Shown here: positions 12,890 through 27,714 of the stretch, in pieces
Position numbering within the stretch: position 1 is the stretch's first letter
Layout: every line of letters begins with the position of its first letter
DNA from: Neoechinorhynchus agilis
Taxonomy: Eukaryota > Animalia > Acanthocephala
DNA length: 64,000 nucleotides
Direction: 5' to 3'
Assembly (NCBI GenBank): GCA_051530055.1
Contig: CM121341.1
Span: 6,798,784-6,862,783 of the forward strand
The notes under the pieces: generated by a model
Databases searched by the model: none
Told to the model about the DNA's origin: nothing
The model's input: the letters and a program-made list of their open reading frames with translations, nothing else
Position numbers and translations under genes: made by a program

Positions 12890-13035
12890 AATGCTGAGAT
12901 ACTCGGGTCGTTTGGTACCGCGACGCAGGATCTGGTCAAGCAATTGTCCAAGAGACTCGAGCATTCCTCCTACAAAACATAAGTCTGCCCCTGCAACCAG
13001 GACGAGAACGCTGCATCCGTCTTATAGACCGTTAC
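12890..13035 (+). mobile_element. Extreme 3' fragment of a CRE-like RLE retrotransposon
   Basis: E(T)LGSFGTATQDLVKQLSKRL...FLLQNISL...NAASVL. Confidence 0.65.
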
Positions 13036-13320
13036 ACCAGGACGACACCTTGAGAGATTCTGAGAGGCGGGGCGTAACCCCTGATGGTTGTTTAAAATTT
13101 AAAAAATCCTTTTACGGCAGTGCATATTAATTTCAGTTATTTGTTTTTAAATTTTATAATTAATTAGCTACGCATGTTCTCCACTCGAATTAGATAATTG
13201 TTGCCTGGGCAACACAAGTGTTTAATTGTAATTTATAATTGAGTTGCATTTTATTTGTGAGAGCAGGTTTGTAATCTAATTTTTTAAATTTATCCTTTAT
13301 GCTCTGCTGGAGAAGGTAAA

Positions 13321-16300
13321 ATGTATGACAACCGTCAAGATTTACAACAGTTGGATAACAATCTACAAACCTCAATGATTGGATCACAAGTCTCTTGCCG
13401 AAAATTCAACAGGAAGAAGTTTATCTCAGATGCTCTAAGAGAGCCATATAATTTAGAGATCGTGAAGTATCTGTCTCAGGTAATTTCTTAAAATCGTAAG
13501 TGTATCCATCACGTTATTGCTGTTGTAATTTATTCTTTCCACTATTCTTTGGACTCGATTTTAAGCCAATACATTGGTATTGTACTATATTAAATAGAAA
13601 CTTACTTGTTGCTATAAAGAGATTATTTAAACTATATCAAAAATTTGACTATTTCGTTCATTTTGGTCTTCGTCACCACCCCAAGAATTAAACATTAATT
13701 ATTGAATTAAATATTTCGGAACCTGTGTTGTCTGTTCAGTAAATTATTTTTTGAAGAGGGAACCCGGGTTGCGAAATATTTAATTCAATAATTAATGATT
13801 AATTCTCGGGGTGGTGACAGCTCACAGAAAACCAAAATTAGATTCCTCCGAATGTAATTCTCAAAGATATTTCGTTTATGATCGCCTAATATGAGTCTTG
13901 TCTTTTATGGGTTCTTTATACACTTGATTGTTGCCAATTTTCAGACACGATTTAGTTTTTTCTTGTGACCTCTCAATAAGTTCAATTCCTCATTAAACTT
14001 CTCTTTCAAAGATGGATGAGATCATTGGAGATGTGGACTGTCATGAACTGCGTCTGCTGAGATTACGTTTGCTAAAAAAAATTAGATTTCTGGAAAATAG
14101 CGAAAATCAAGGAATTTGTGCATACAGTCATGTAAGTATTTGTTGCTTGGAATTTTGCTCTCCCAATATTAATAAATTTCAAGGCAATCAAGCAGTTAGA
14201 GATGAAAAACTGGATTGTTAAAAGGCGAGAGGATTGGAATAATCTTTTTCGCAAGTTTAGGGAAATCCCACTACTTCGTAAAATCGAATCTCAGAAAGCG
14301 GAAGTGACCTGTGTGGATGACATTATCGATAACGTAAATGAAGCAATGCAGGAAATGTCAATTTATGTTAGAACTGCAAAGGAAATATATAAAAACAATT
14401 GCCAAGTGTGAGCATTTATCTGCTTTCTGCCTTGATCGCTGGATCGGCACTGGAATACACCTAAAAATAAACTGTCGCCATCTCTTAGATTTAAACATTT
14501 CAAGTATAGACCACCAGCAGGAACGGAATTTATTGTCGAGCATGAATGTTTGATTCCAGTTCCATCTTATAATCCAAGTTGGCAATCCTTGTTACATATA
14601 AAGATTGTACCTAAGCCTCGCGATGACACGATTGAAAAATATCTTGTAAGTTCATTTTATGGCAGGGAAATTTATTCCTGCTGAAATCCTTAGACCCAAA
14701 GAATGGGCAATTCAGAATTGTTTAAATCAATTTGTGATTCAATGACTGTTCTGTATGACTTTAAAGACCGAATATGGACATTGGCCCAATCAAAGAATCC
14801 GTTTAAAGTTAAGATCTTTTTGTCTATCTCGCTCCTATTAACTTACAACGAAAATAGATGCACAAAAAATCTACCAAGAGTACTTTAGAAAGATCTGTAC
14901 ATCGATTGAAACTCTTAAAGCTAAACCACCATAAAGGGTATACTATTTTGCTACATGATGGGCTTAAAAATTAATTCTAAAATGATCGTTCTTGAGCCAA
15001 GATACCACTTCGAGTCCATTTGAAGAATTTAGGCCTTTAATCCCTGCATTGTTCAACCGAGGGTTATATTTAAATTCGCATAAAACTAATATTTTGGGAT
15101 GTACAAAAGATAAACGCGACTTCATCCGTAGGATAAAAACATAGATTACAATTGATGATTTCGCAATTTAAAATTATAGTGCGTGCAATCGAATTTCAAA
15201 GTCAAATTAATGTTCTAAAGATTTTTTTTCGAGTAACCCAAAAAATGGAAGCGAAAACTATGAATTGGTAGAAATGCAATATGTAGAAATTAAGTTTTTA
15301 AGCTGTATTCAATAGATTAATTTACTTATTAATCTACTTTTCATGTTAGCTTTTCTACGAGATTAAAAAATTTAAACGGCCTTGCTTATATTAACAGGTT
15401 CAATGTTTGTTTTGATTTCAAGAACTATCACAAGCGTAAGAAATCCAATGTTCGTCAAGTTACACCTGCCCGTTATGTCATACGAGGAGATTGGTTCGCT
15501 AAGCAATTGTCTACGGATATTTTCAAAGAAAGTCCATTACCACCTACTCCCGAGCCTTTAAAAAAAGTCAAGGACATGACTATAGATGAACAGACATCAA
15601 TTAAGGAAGATATTATTCATCACTTGCACGATTGCTCATTTGCTAATCTGATGGGAATTTTCGAAGGATTGCATAATTCGATTCCTATCAACTCCCAATT
15701 GCTCGATTTTGACTTATATCAGCCTGAATTCAGTATACTTTTGGAAAATTTGTTCGCTTACAACGAAGAGATTTTTGAGATCTCTAATATCATCTGGCAA
15801 ACAAACAAACAAATGGCTTCAGAAATCAGGTAGTTGATTTCAAACATTTTTCTTGCTAGTAAAACGGGTTTCACCATCACGGCACAATCAAAATCCATCT
15901 TCCTGCAGCATTTCCCTAATTAATATGAAAGGCATTTGTCAATTAAATTCCATTCACCTATAAATTTAAGCGATACACTTTTGTGTCTCTAAACTAAAAT
16001 GATAAATTGTTTTTTCAATAAGAGATGAATTCATGTACATTAACCTATAAAATTTCAATGCAGTAACCAATCAGATTCGTCCTTATTGGTTTCTAAACTT
16101 TGCAAAGACTGAGATTACGAATTTGTTCGTTTATATGCAACGTTCGTCGAATATTACCTTAATCAATGTTTTATTCGAGATTTTTATCCAACGAAAAATG
16201 GGTGTTTTTTATTTCTTAATACTCCAATTTTTCGACGTCTTGCGTCTTCGTCAGGGAGCTTCCCTTCAGTGATCTGACGCAAGGCGTCGAAGATTTGGAG

Positions 16301-19300
16301 TATTAAGACATAAAAAATACCCATTTTTCGTTGGATAAAAATCTCGAATAAAACATGATGGTGTTGGGAAAAGAGGCTTTCCATAATGTTAATCAATGTC
16401 ACATATCACCGACTTTTGCCCTTCATATTTTGTAAATGTGAATATTAGATGCCGTGATAAGTTAATTTATGATTTTTACTAATAACCAAAATATTGTCGC
16501 ATTTTCCTCTGAACTGTCACGAACTGTATTCGAAAATTCACATTAAAATTTTAAAAATTAAAAAGTGAAAATTAAAACTTTTTCCTATGCGACAACTATT
16601 TTAATGCTTATAGAGATTTTTTCTGTCGATTTAGGCATCCTAAAAGTACTCAATGCAGTTTTTTGAGTTCCCAAAAACCTGCATATTGAGAAAATGTATC
16701 CTGGATTAAGTTGTAAGTTTTACTGTCGCGATCCATCACACTTTTAATTTAAATGCAGCAACTAAGGAAAGAATAAACACTATAAATATTATTTAGGGAA
16801 AGGCTTGTTAATTTAACAAGTCTTCAGTCCGTATATCAATGTACGATTGTAGATTCTCTAAGGATATTAGACGCAGTCATCGAGTACAAGTGGGATGATA
16901 TCGAAGAACTTTTAAAAACTGAGCTGGGACCTAGGTTTAGATTGGTGGAAATTTTTGAAGAAATCGACAGCATTTTAAGAGTAGACGATGAATCTAGCCA
17001 AGAAAGCCCTCAGGAATGTGGTGAGATTGAAAACACTGAAGAAGGAACGCCGTCGAGTACTAAATCGACTGACTATATTTTGCCTGAACGATTGCGGCGC
17101 TTATTAGAGTCACCGATCACTAACGAGAGCGAAAAGGTTGCATCACAGCCATTCAAATCCGATCTCGGAAATTCACAAGTTTTTGGGGAGATCGAGGAAT
17201 TACTATCGCAGCATTTGAAGTTCATTACGAATAAATCTAAGATCCCTGATGAAATTGAGGAGATTGAAGAGCAGCAATTAGAAACTAATTTGATACCATC
17301 ACGAATGTCTGAAGAATATGGTGATTCTCGGTCAAAAGAACCCGAATACACGCAAAGCAGTTCTCAAATTCCTGACGAAAACGAGGGCATTGAAACACAA
17401 GAAATGGAGACAAATCCGAGACATTCACAAACTTCTAAGAGACGCGAGGATATTCAACAGCAAGAGTTGGATCCTAACGAAAGTATTCCACCAGAATTAG
17501 TTTCAAATGAGAGTGTCCACACAGAGGAACTGGAGAATGACGTGCGAAGTTCAATTAATGCTCATGGAAAGGAAATTATCTATGTACCGCGTATAAAATC
17601 CAATCGGCTCAGTGCACCAATTCCCAGCGGTAACGTTAGTATCGATGCAGATGAATTGCGGAATAAATTGAGAAACTCAAATATATCTGGCGGTATAAAA
17701 AGCTCACGAATTTTGTCCGAAATCGGTAGTATTCATGCACAACAAGTTGATACAAATGTGAGAAACTCCAGAGTTTCTGCAGAGATTGACAATGCTCGAG
17801 TACACTGGTTAGAGACTCAACAGAGAAGATCAAGCATTCTCGATGACTTAATGGGCTTACGAATGTCCGACAATCCTGACAATGTGACAACATCGCCAGT
17901 TTTGGACGAGAACGAGACAATTGAAGTACAGCAAATGAAAAAAAATCTAAATAACTCACAAATTTCTTCAGATATCAAGGATATTCAAGTAGAACCATTA
18001 GCTACTCAACAGAGAAGTTTAAGGATTTCAGACCTTTCGAGAAGTCCACAGATTCCAGAAAAGAATTTAACTATTCAAGGCCAACACTTAAGGTTTCAGC
18101 AGCGCTCAGAATATTCAAATGGCAATGCCCGCACTCAAATAAAACCAATGGATCCAAATGTAAAAAACTCACAGGTTTCCAAAGAATGCAAGAATAGTCC
18201 AACAAAGGAAGTAAATAATATTCAGAGGAAATCAACAATTTCTGACCTTTCGAAGAGTTCACAGATTTCAAAAAAGAACTTAACTGTTCACAATCAACAC
18301 TTAAAGTCCAAAGAGAGAAGTTCAAAATATTCTAATAACAATGCCCGCACTCAAATAAAACCAATGGATCCAAATGTAAAAAAATCACAAGTTTCCAATG
18401 AAGTTAAGAATGGTCCAACAAAGGAATCGGATAATATTCGGAGGAAATCAACAATTTCTGACATTTCGAGAAGATTGCAGATTCCTGAAAAGAAAACAGG
18501 TGCCCAAGGCCAACACTTAAAGTCCAAGGAGAGAAGTTCAAAATATTCTAATGATGGAGCCCGTATTCAAAAACAGCAGATCGAGACAAATTTAAGAGCC
18601 TCACCTAATTATAAACTAACACACCAATTAAGTAGCAGCCCAAAAAAGTCAATGATCAATAGCGACAGCAATGAAACTCAAGCACATCTATTGCATTCTA
18701 ATCTGAGAAGTTCAGGCGTATCTGTAAAGGGTGATAGCACTGAAGTACGACAACTGGGCATTAGCCCAAGAAACTCACGGATTTCCGAAAATAATACGGG
18801 TATTCGAGACCGGCGTTCCAATTTCGGGCAAGAAAACTCACGGCTGTTCGATTGTAATATGACTACTCAAGATCGACGAGTAAAGTCCATATCCAAATAT
18901 TCACGTATTTCTGACAATGGCGAAGAGGCACGAGCTGCTGCTAGTGAGTTAATATCCGTTGGACTATATGGTCACTTACCATTATCAGACATAACGTCTA
19001 ATAAAAGTGAAAACATCTCCAATGTGTTAGAAACGTGCGGTTGCATTCAGTTTAAGGAAGCACAGGATAATCCTAGCAACCAACTGAGCTCTACAATAAG
19101 CGACCGAATTTCATCTCAACAAGACGAGATTCTTCGAATCTTTCCAGATTATTTAATGCACGAAAGCTCACCGCGATTCGCATCTCAACAATTGGAACCA
19201 GCGCGGGTTTCTGAGAAGGATGAGATGGTACAACCTCTTCAATCGGATTCAATGGTAGAAAGCTCACCGAATGCTGAGAGTGAATTTAGTGGTCAAGACC

Positions 19301-21872
19301 ATCGATTAGATTCTAATGCAACATCTTCCCAGATTTTTGACAACTGCGATTGCATCCTACCCCGAGAGTCGTACGCTGTTCTGAGAACCACGAGCAGCGA
19401 CAAATCGGAATCAGTCCGACATTCGAAAAAGGATGAGATTATTTCAGGACTCAAAGCAAAGTCGATCCAAAAAAGCTCATGGTCTACTGAGCAGAATATG
19501 AGCATTCAAGATCAACAATCGACTCCTACTTGGAGGAATAACGTTTTGTCTCAATATAGTGAACAAGCGCTTCCATCTGAGTCTTTGCAATTAAGCTCAC
19601 AGCTTTCTATTGCCGACGGGAACATTGAAGACCAGGAAATTAAGTCGACTTTGACAAGTTCACGGATGTCTGAGAACCATGGTTTTGTTCGGACGCTTCA
19701 ATCGGACTCAATGCAAGACGCAGCGTTATCTGAGCGTTTAAAGTATACTTTGGGAAGTTCACTTATGCTTGATGATAGTAATGATGGTCTATTGTATCGT
19801 GTGGATTGTCTTCAGAAACGTTCAAGTTTTTCCCCTGAGATCGACTATACTCAGTCCGATGAAATGATATCAGATGTAAATTCTTTTCCGATTTATGATA
19901 GCTACAGTGAAGAATCTGAGAACAATTTAATATCGTTACAAACATCATGGGAATCCTTGGGCGATTGGCAACCGAATTTCCAACCTGACAAGCAAGAATA
20001 TAAGATTTTAGGGTTGGTGAGGCGCATTCGATTGCAACAGCTTAAATTTAATCAAAGTACTTCTGAATGTTTGGAAGAGATCGATGATGTTGAATCGGAA
20101 CCATTTAGCCTCAATACATTTACTCGCGAGGACGAACTACCACAGTCTTTAGAGTCTATGAACAAATGCGATTACTTATCCCCTCAGATTTCCGCAGAAG
20201 TTGTATCTGTTCTCGAAAAACAAACTGAATCAAGTTCGCAATATTCACTTATTTCGGAACCGAACGACAGTATTTCTTTACAACAGTTGGAATCTCGACA
20301 GCAAGTTGAGACTTGTTCAAGAAGTTCATCGATTTCTGAAGATAACGATGAAAGTGAAATGCAATTGTCGAGTTTAGGCATGGTGTCTTCAGAGATTTCC
20401 GATGACAGTAGCAGTTCTACACCGCAACTGCAGGTTTGGTTTGATAAGAGCAAGGCGATTGTGAAGGAGAGTTGTGATGATCAATCGAATTCTCAACAAA
20501 TGACTTTGGACCATAAACGCTTTGTGTACAAAAAGAAAACAGCACGAATTTTAAATGATGTGGAGAAGGCCCGGAAACAGCTGATACAGGTTAAAATGCA
20601 CGAAGTCGGAATTTTCCATGCACTTAAGTTTATTGAAGAATTAGAGCATGAAGCAAAAACTAATCGTAATTCGGACGAAATCAGGGAAACTGAATGTTTA
20701 GATTCAAGTTCCTATTTAACTGCTTCTGATAATTTTGACGACGTTGAAAGTACTCAATCGTTCCAATCAGAGCTTAATCAGATGGATTCACTGTTTATTG
20801 AGGAGGTCGAAAGTACTGTTAGGCAGCAGTCAACTTTAGGTCTGATAAATTCGGAAGTTGTAGAAGAGAATGAAAGTGTTCAAAGTCAGCATCTAGACGT
20901 CTCAAATACATCAATTATCGAGGAAACCAAAAGAGTTTACCCGCACTACATGCCTCGTTGCTCGGAAATTGTGCCAATCTGCAACGATGCTACAAATGAT
21001 GGATTGCAAACGTTAAAGTGCATCTCTACGAATTCACCAAATGTTAAGACGGTCGATGGCGTTCAAATTTCCGATGTAAACAGTAGCCCAATACCTTCAG
21101 CAGTTGAGGACAACAATGAAAATGATCGAGCGTTCCTTGAGATAGCTTCGCTTATTTTTAAAGAGTTGGAGCCTAATCTGAGATCCTCACGGAATGCTAG
21201 ACCAAGTCTTCATATTTGTCAGAGTGATGAGTCAATTGATAGTGAAGAAGAGGACGAAGTGGACGAAAGTCATTTTGAGATTGACATTGATAAAATTAAA
21301 GAAGTGTGCCCAAAACCGAAACCAATATTAGATCTCACAATACCAAGATGGGCAAAAATATTAGAAGGCCGTGCCAAAGATGTTATTGCTTTTTTGGATG
21401 TTTCTAGTTACTCAACTACGGACGATGTAATTTCTCAGGTTCTTTTTTTTGCGGTTTAAATATTAATAAATCTACAATTCTATAGGTAATCGATAGTATG
21501 GCTAAGATCGTCATGAAAAAAATTACATCCGATCGCGAATATGTGTGCAAATTGAGCACAATTGGATGGGATGAGGAAGATGAGCAAGAGAAAGCAAACA
21601 GCGTTTTAGAATTTAAACATTTTCCAAATGGTTTCAATAGTATTGGAAAAGATAGAGACACTCAGGGATTAATGGACGCAATCATGTATCACCCAACGAA
21701 GATTTCTTGTTCTGCCATTGATGCTATTGGTTTATCTGAGAAGAGACTCAAAGCCTCTATTCGACGTTCGCTGGGTGAAGACATTTCGGTAGTTATGAAA
21801 AATTTAAATAACATAATTGAATACCGTAACACGACGGATTTTAAACTATTTGAAGAAGTTCTTAATTCGTAA
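13321..21872 (+). CDS. Large (~2000-aa) unknown protein with one very long Ser/Gln/Glu-rich exon containing internal repeats
   Basis: Phase-compatible GT-AG exons at ~13321-13479, 14012-14120, 14171-14410, ~14480-14650, ~14695-14805, ~14860-14940, ~15398-15829, ~16797-21437 (contains the 1505-aa ORF) and 21487-21872. Joining into a single gene is inferred. Confidence 0.65.
16166..16356. mobile_element. Near-perfect foldback/MITE hairpin (~85-bp arms), intronic
   Basis: atgttttattcgagatttttatccaacgaaaaatggg... and ...cccatttttcgttggataaaaatctcgaataaaacat. Confidence 0.85.
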
Positions 21873-22469
21873 TAATTAAATAAACCATTTAATTAAATAT
21901 GCGTTACTTTTCGGCTATATCTTCACTGCTAAAAATAATTTAAGAACGTCGCGACTGCTAGACAAATCAATCATTGTGCATTTTCCACAGGAGGAAGGCG
22001 AATAAAATTTGCTCAAAATCAAATTTTTCTAATGAGATTTATAGTTAATTTTAAATATACTAAACGTTTCGAAGTTCTCATTAAATTCTCTGAGAGAGAT
22101 ATTTTGCTTAATATCTTTGAGATCTAAAGGGAGTCGTTGATTTAAGAGGAACCGGGATTAATTGTTTTATTGTCTCAATTGGGAATAATAAGCTTTCATT
22201 TCATTGTTTGAATTGCGGTGATGATAATCCCGGATCAAACGTATTTTATTGGATTGAAATATTTCGAAAGAGGAAGCCTCGCTTCATCAATCATTCTAAC
22301 ATTTTATCCGGTGAGATCACCACAACTCTAGCCTTCCGAATGATTTTCTCTCGATTAGTTTAGGAAATTATAAATCAAAAGCGCCCAATTTATATGCGAA
22401 ATACTGGCTCCAACATACATATAGCGATTTTTCTATATTATTCAAATTTTTTTGAAAAACGTAATATAC

Positions 22470-23030
22470 TTTTAACAATTCAAACAATCTGTTTGAAGCA
22501 CACTCACCACCTCCCGCCAAATTCCAGCTTTTGTCCTTCCTCGACCGTCGCCATCACGCTGGCAGCATTGGTTCGCTGTACTGCGAGCGAGATGTTTTGT
22601 CGAAGGAATACGCCTGCCCTTGAATCTCCGGTTGCCTCTATCAATTTCTTCGAGACATCCTGGAGCAGAGAGAGTGCCGAGCGCTCCATACGTCTCTACC
22701 CCAAAGGGGACAAAATAGTGAGCCCTCAATAACTGAATATATTTCCGTATTTTCCTCCCTTCCGCTGCACTGGCGGCACCACCGGCGATTTCGAGGGAGT
22801 AGGGGATGTTGCTGGCTGCGAGGGTGTCCCAGAGAAGGCATTTGCCCTCCCGCCACGGGAAGACCGAAATTCCGTCGGGCTTACGGCCGTCTAGTCGACA
22901 AAGGTGGGCGGGTTCCAGATTTCAGAATGGCGGGAGAACCTTGCTCCTGGCTTTCGGCAAACGAGACCGTGTCGCCCGAAAGCATCAACCAAAGACCCAC
23001 ATCGACAGCGATGGGGATTTAGTAATTTTT
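22470..23030 (-). mobile_element. 5'-truncated CRE-like RLE non-LTR retrotransposon (zinc knuckle plus endonuclease)
   Basis: CRCGSLVDAFGRHGLVCRKPGARFSRH (CCHC knuckle) and FVPFGVETYGALG...RAGVFLRQNISLAVQRTNAASVM. Confidence 0.85.
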
Positions 23031-23049
23031 CCTTTATTTTGGAAGTTAT

Positions 23050-23500
23050 AAACACCCAAATGTAAATTCCTAGATTTATTGCTGATATTTCGTCGGACAA
23101 TTTCAACATTATCAAGACACCTTCCTTACAAATGACCAAATTTAGCCTGGTATCCTTCGCATTTTGCTTAGACACAATCCAGAGTCCTATAAGAGATCTG
23201 CAGCTGTGTCACTGTTTCTAAGATCCTATAGAATATTCTCAACTAACAAGTTAAGAACGGTCAAAATGCGTCTCATTACTCAAGCTCTGAGAGCAAGAGA
23301 TAATCCCGAATGGGCAATAAGAATTTACCACAAAACCAAGAACATCGCTAATAGACAAGAGAAAAGAATCATTACATGTTCGGCGAATGAAAAACCTAAA
23401 TATCTAGGAATTAAATTCGTGAATAACAAACTTCAATCCATACTTCTTCATCGAGATTTGCGAAACCTGGACAAGACGATCATTTTCAAAATATGAGCAA
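23050..23500 (+). mobile_element. Penelope-like element RT C-terminal fragment
   Basis: KFLDLLL, followed after a frameshift by HNPESYKRSAAVSLFLRSYRIFS, resembling the PLE thumb HPxSxK...SLFxRAxRI. Confidence 0.55.
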
Positions 23501-23619
23501 CATGAAGTTGTATACGAGGTCCGCCGCAAAGATTGACTGAATTTAAGAAAAAATCGATTAAAAATGGAAGCCATCAAAATAGGCTGTTCAGTTCAACCTA
23601 TGGAAGGCAATAAGACAAG

Positions 23620-23960
23620 AATTAATTGTACATTTTAGAATATCGAACCAGTCACTCTCCTCCCATGGTGTTCCGGGTAAATACAAGTTTGGGATTTTAC
23701 CTGCCCCAAGACGCTCGCAGCATCCCACTTACGGGATGCCACCTCAAAAGCGGGAGCAGTCGCCAGCTTAAGCGAGGAACACTCCTCGCTCGATGGACAT
23801 TCACCCCGAGTGCGATGGAAACACTGGGATGCCTCGGAAAAGAAGCCGATTATTTCATTTTCCCGGCTGGGAAAGATGCCACCGTCGATATGCGCTCCAG
23901 CAGTTTCCTGCTGCAGCGAATCAGCGCGGCCATCAAGGAAGCTGCCGAACAATCATAACG
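23620..23960 (+). mobile_element. 3' fragment of a CRE-like RLE retrotransposon
   Basis: FTPSAMETLGCLGKEA...SSSFLLQRISAAIK; CPRRSQHPTYGMP/WD remnants in an adjacent frame. Confidence 0.75.
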
Positions 23961-24324
23961 TATGAGTCTGTAATATTGGGTTTGGATATTACAATAAATA
24001 CAGTTTAGAATGTTCCTATTTTCATTTTAAATTGCAACACTTTCAATAAAATCCAAAACCATTAAGAAGAGATGTTTCGGGATGGTAGAGTTGTAAAAGA
24101 TTGTTGTGATTATAATCCGCCCCCCGTATTTTATTGTAATATTTCCAAAGAAGCCTCGCGAGTCACCTAAAACGGTAATACAAGTGAAACTTTTTGTTTT
24201 GATGACAGACGAGACTTCCTCATTTGAAATATTTTTTCTATTCGTGATATCCAAAAGTGTTTAGATAGTTGAATAAAGTTTTCGTTTTTAGATTCGTCCA
24301 CGCACACAGAGTCATTCTCGTTTG

Positions 24325-26913
24325 TCAGTTCGTTTCCGAAGAAACGACTGTAGTGTAGGCTGGAGGAAGTGTTGTCTGCATATGCCGTTCAGCGCTAGGT
24401 AGCAAGGGAGCCGAAGGTTTATCCGAAGAGTGTTTCGGTCTTCTTCGAAGTCTGTGTCTTTCCACTCCTGCGATTGGTGTTGGTACAAACCTGAGCCGTT
24501 CGGAGCGGTAACTAAAATGTGATATGAATCAATACAAATAATACTATAGGTTAAAGTACCTGTCAGCCATCGATTGTCTGAATCTCATTAAGTAAAAGAT
24601 TAAAATGCAAGAGCTATAGAGTGTGTTCATAAGAATGAACGACAAAGTCACGCACATAAACCAGTAGAAACTGAAAAGAGGAAGGGAATCTGTTAGGTTG
24701 CGTCGGAAAATATCCAAACCCCCGGCTCCAACTATTTAAACAACTTGAAACTTACAGGATTGAAGTACACAGTGGAGTATTAACAGAGTCCATTAGGTTG
24801 ATTTTAAGATGACATTGACGTAAATATGGTACAATATGTGATTCGATCCAATGTTCCAGAGTAAGAATGTAAGCTTCCATTGGAGTTCGACCAGGAATTC
24901 GATTCTTTTTCTGTTGATAAGATGCGTCTGTTTGTGATGATTGATTACCTTGAGTGTACCGAATAACACTCAAGAGATGCTCGAGTTCATCAGCCGTTTT
25001 ATTGTGTTTTCCTGATTTGCAGTCGTGAACGAATTGGTGCCATTTTTGGGTCAAGATTGGAATGGAAGACGACGACTGAGTCACGATTTGGTAGATTTTA
25101 TCCGTTAAAGAGACCAGAGGAGCAGATGGAACTTTCTGTGAGCATTGATGAGCTGCTCCATTCACAAAGCAGGTGCATGAGTGTGTCACAAGGGAGATTC
25201 TCAACTGCAAAACAAAAATTTTAATGGAAAAACAGGAATCGCAGAAACCAGATGGACGAACACGTGTGTTTTAAAGGAATCCAGACACAAAAAACTCGTA
25301 GATATTCATTTTGATCAGTGACAAAAACACATGTTTTTTTGCTTGTGTTGAACATCATCCTTATCTTTTTTTTGTTAAAAAAGCCGATTGAACACCAAAA
25401 AAACACATTTTAATCCGATTGTGTATTGTTTGCAGTTTCACGGATCTGTGAGCGGCCATTTAACACCCAACACAGTGGTTCAATTGGCCAATGCTGTTCG
25501 CCCAGTGTTTAAGGTTTTGATACCGACTTTAATCAACAATGGGTTTTACGTCTAGAACCGGCGTACGTTCAGTGCAAATTCTGAAACTGTAAGCTCACAG
25601 ATCCGTGAATCTGCAAACAGTACACAATCGGATTTTATTAATAGACAATAAAAAGGGTATTCGAGGCTGCTGTGAGTGATTTAAGAGATCGTCCCTCAAC
25701 TCACCGCATAAACTAAAGAATTAAGGAACTGATTTGTGTCTTTGTTTGTATGAGGCGTGATTTTTAATAATAAAATAAACAATCGGATCAACAAGTGTGT
25801 GTGTTTTTTTTGGTGTTCGATCGTCGACGCTTTTTTTCAATTTTACAAAACGAAAGCCTTCTTAACAAAAATTCAACAATGGGTATTTTTGACTTTACGC
25901 CCGCTTGGCAGCTGAGAACCCCGCAGCTCTAAAATGACAAGACTTGGCAAACCAACGGCAGCGTGAACGACCACTGATCCGGCAAGTGCGGTACAAGTAA
26001 TTATGAGAGCAATTCTGAAGGCTCTGTAAGAGTTCAACGGTCCTTTTGCGCAATAGGCATGCATGAGGATAAGTGAAAGTATGGCGAACAGGGTAACGAT
26101 CCCGATTACGATTCCCCATCGACCGGATTCCAATTGGGTACAAGCACTATTGAAATTGATGTCAGGACATTGTTTAAAGGGTCTAAGAAGTTCTTTGATT
26201 TGTACAAGCGCTGTCTTCTGCCCTACGCCATCATCTTCGATAGCATTAATGACTTCACGGACAACGTTACAATTGTTTGCGTAATCATTGGTCAATTGGT
26301 TGATGGAGGCACAAAAGCTTTGATTATTCGAGTTCGATTGTTGATCATGATGATGGTCGCTGCTACTGCTGCTGATTGGAAGAACTCCGACAACTTCATT
26401 ATGAAGACGTTCAGATGAGAATACAAGAGTGCAGATTGCACCAAGACTCAGAATGTGAACGAGAACAAAGAAGGCTGTTGAAAGGCGGCTGTAGAATTCG
26501 TTTGGTCGCCGTCGACTGGATGACGGTGAGGAAGCCGGAACTGATAGCCAACGCCGTCGTTGCTGTTGAGAAAGACCGAAGCAGCACCATGTGAGGAAAT
26601 GGCTCAATAGTAACCACGTCCATCCGAAGGCTATAAATACAACGACCAAGAAGTATAAAATTAAAGAACTTGTGGATATTTCCGAAGCGTTATCAGGATT
26701 CGGACTTGTATTGTGAAGTTTTGATTTATGAAGAAGATTGATCAGCACTTCGGCGACACGAACCTCGATTGTTCGAAGCAACATTGAGAGGAGTTCTGAA
26801 GAGGTGTGGAAACCGCTGGTCACTTCAGACAAATTACAGTCTGCAATGGACGATGGTCTATAGGGAGATCGATATCTTCGAAGGGGGAGATCTGGTAGGT
26901 GGCAGTCAAGCAT
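24325..26913 (-). CDS. Tweety-family (TTYH) five-TM membrane protein; prominin is the related alternative
   Basis: INLLHK before TM1, WCC after TM1, SSERLHNEV after TM2 (cf. GNDDLHNG), ESGRW at TM3, TM4, loop exon 25210-24752, TM5 FYWFMCVTLSF.., and a C-terminal PPAY (PY motif known in TTYH2/3). Start codon and one junction are unresolved. Confidence 0.65.
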
Positions 26914-27714
26914 AGAATGGCCGCAAGTTTCGTATGTTAGAGGTAGACAATGTACATGTTAAATGGCAAACGTATAAAGTTTAAAATTTTAAGACTGCTG
27001 GTCGTAAGCTTCGAATGCTTTTGAGAACCCAAAGGTACATGAGTCTTATTCTTTGTGATTTAACAAAAAAAACGTATTATTTTAAACGTGATCAAATCAA
27101 TTTAAACAAATAACCAAAAAAAAGGAAACGTCGTAATCCCATCGTGGACAAATATTTATAAAAGTTGTAAATTAATCTCAACCACTACAAATACCGGGTT
27201 CAATGGATTACTTCACTTTTTTCGGTCACAACAAAAAGGTGAACATATCAATCTTCAAAAATATAGAAGAAACGGATCACACAAAGATAGATTAACTTCA
27301 ATATCGATGTTGGTGCGAACTACAGCGATGGAATCATTGACCAATATACAAGGTCGCTAAATAGTTATGACGGATTTAAGCGTTAGGGGAGGAGACGGAA
27401 GGGAATACGCTTTAGAGGGAAAGTTTGCTTCTCTATGGTACGAGTTTCGTAATTCCAAGATTAAGTCGAGTTTGCACTTACGATAGCGATGGACCGAGTT
27501 ACGTCCGAGGCAAGGGGAAACCTAAGAATACGAAAAGAAATCCGAGTATTTGACACTAATCGTTAACAACGATTGAAATTTACAAAAAAGGCGCACGCTT
27601 AGTTATCAAAAAAGAATGGAAAAAATAGACAGAATCTTTGATCGATTAAATGCCCTCATTTCTGACCTTTTTAAATTCATTAGCCAATTCAAATGAATGC
27701 TAACGAAACCAAAA

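Noticed and set aside
14005-14014. AG|ATG at 14012 as another start-codon acceptor
   Set aside because: An upstream open exon (13321-13479) with a phase-0 donor makes it a probable internal exon.
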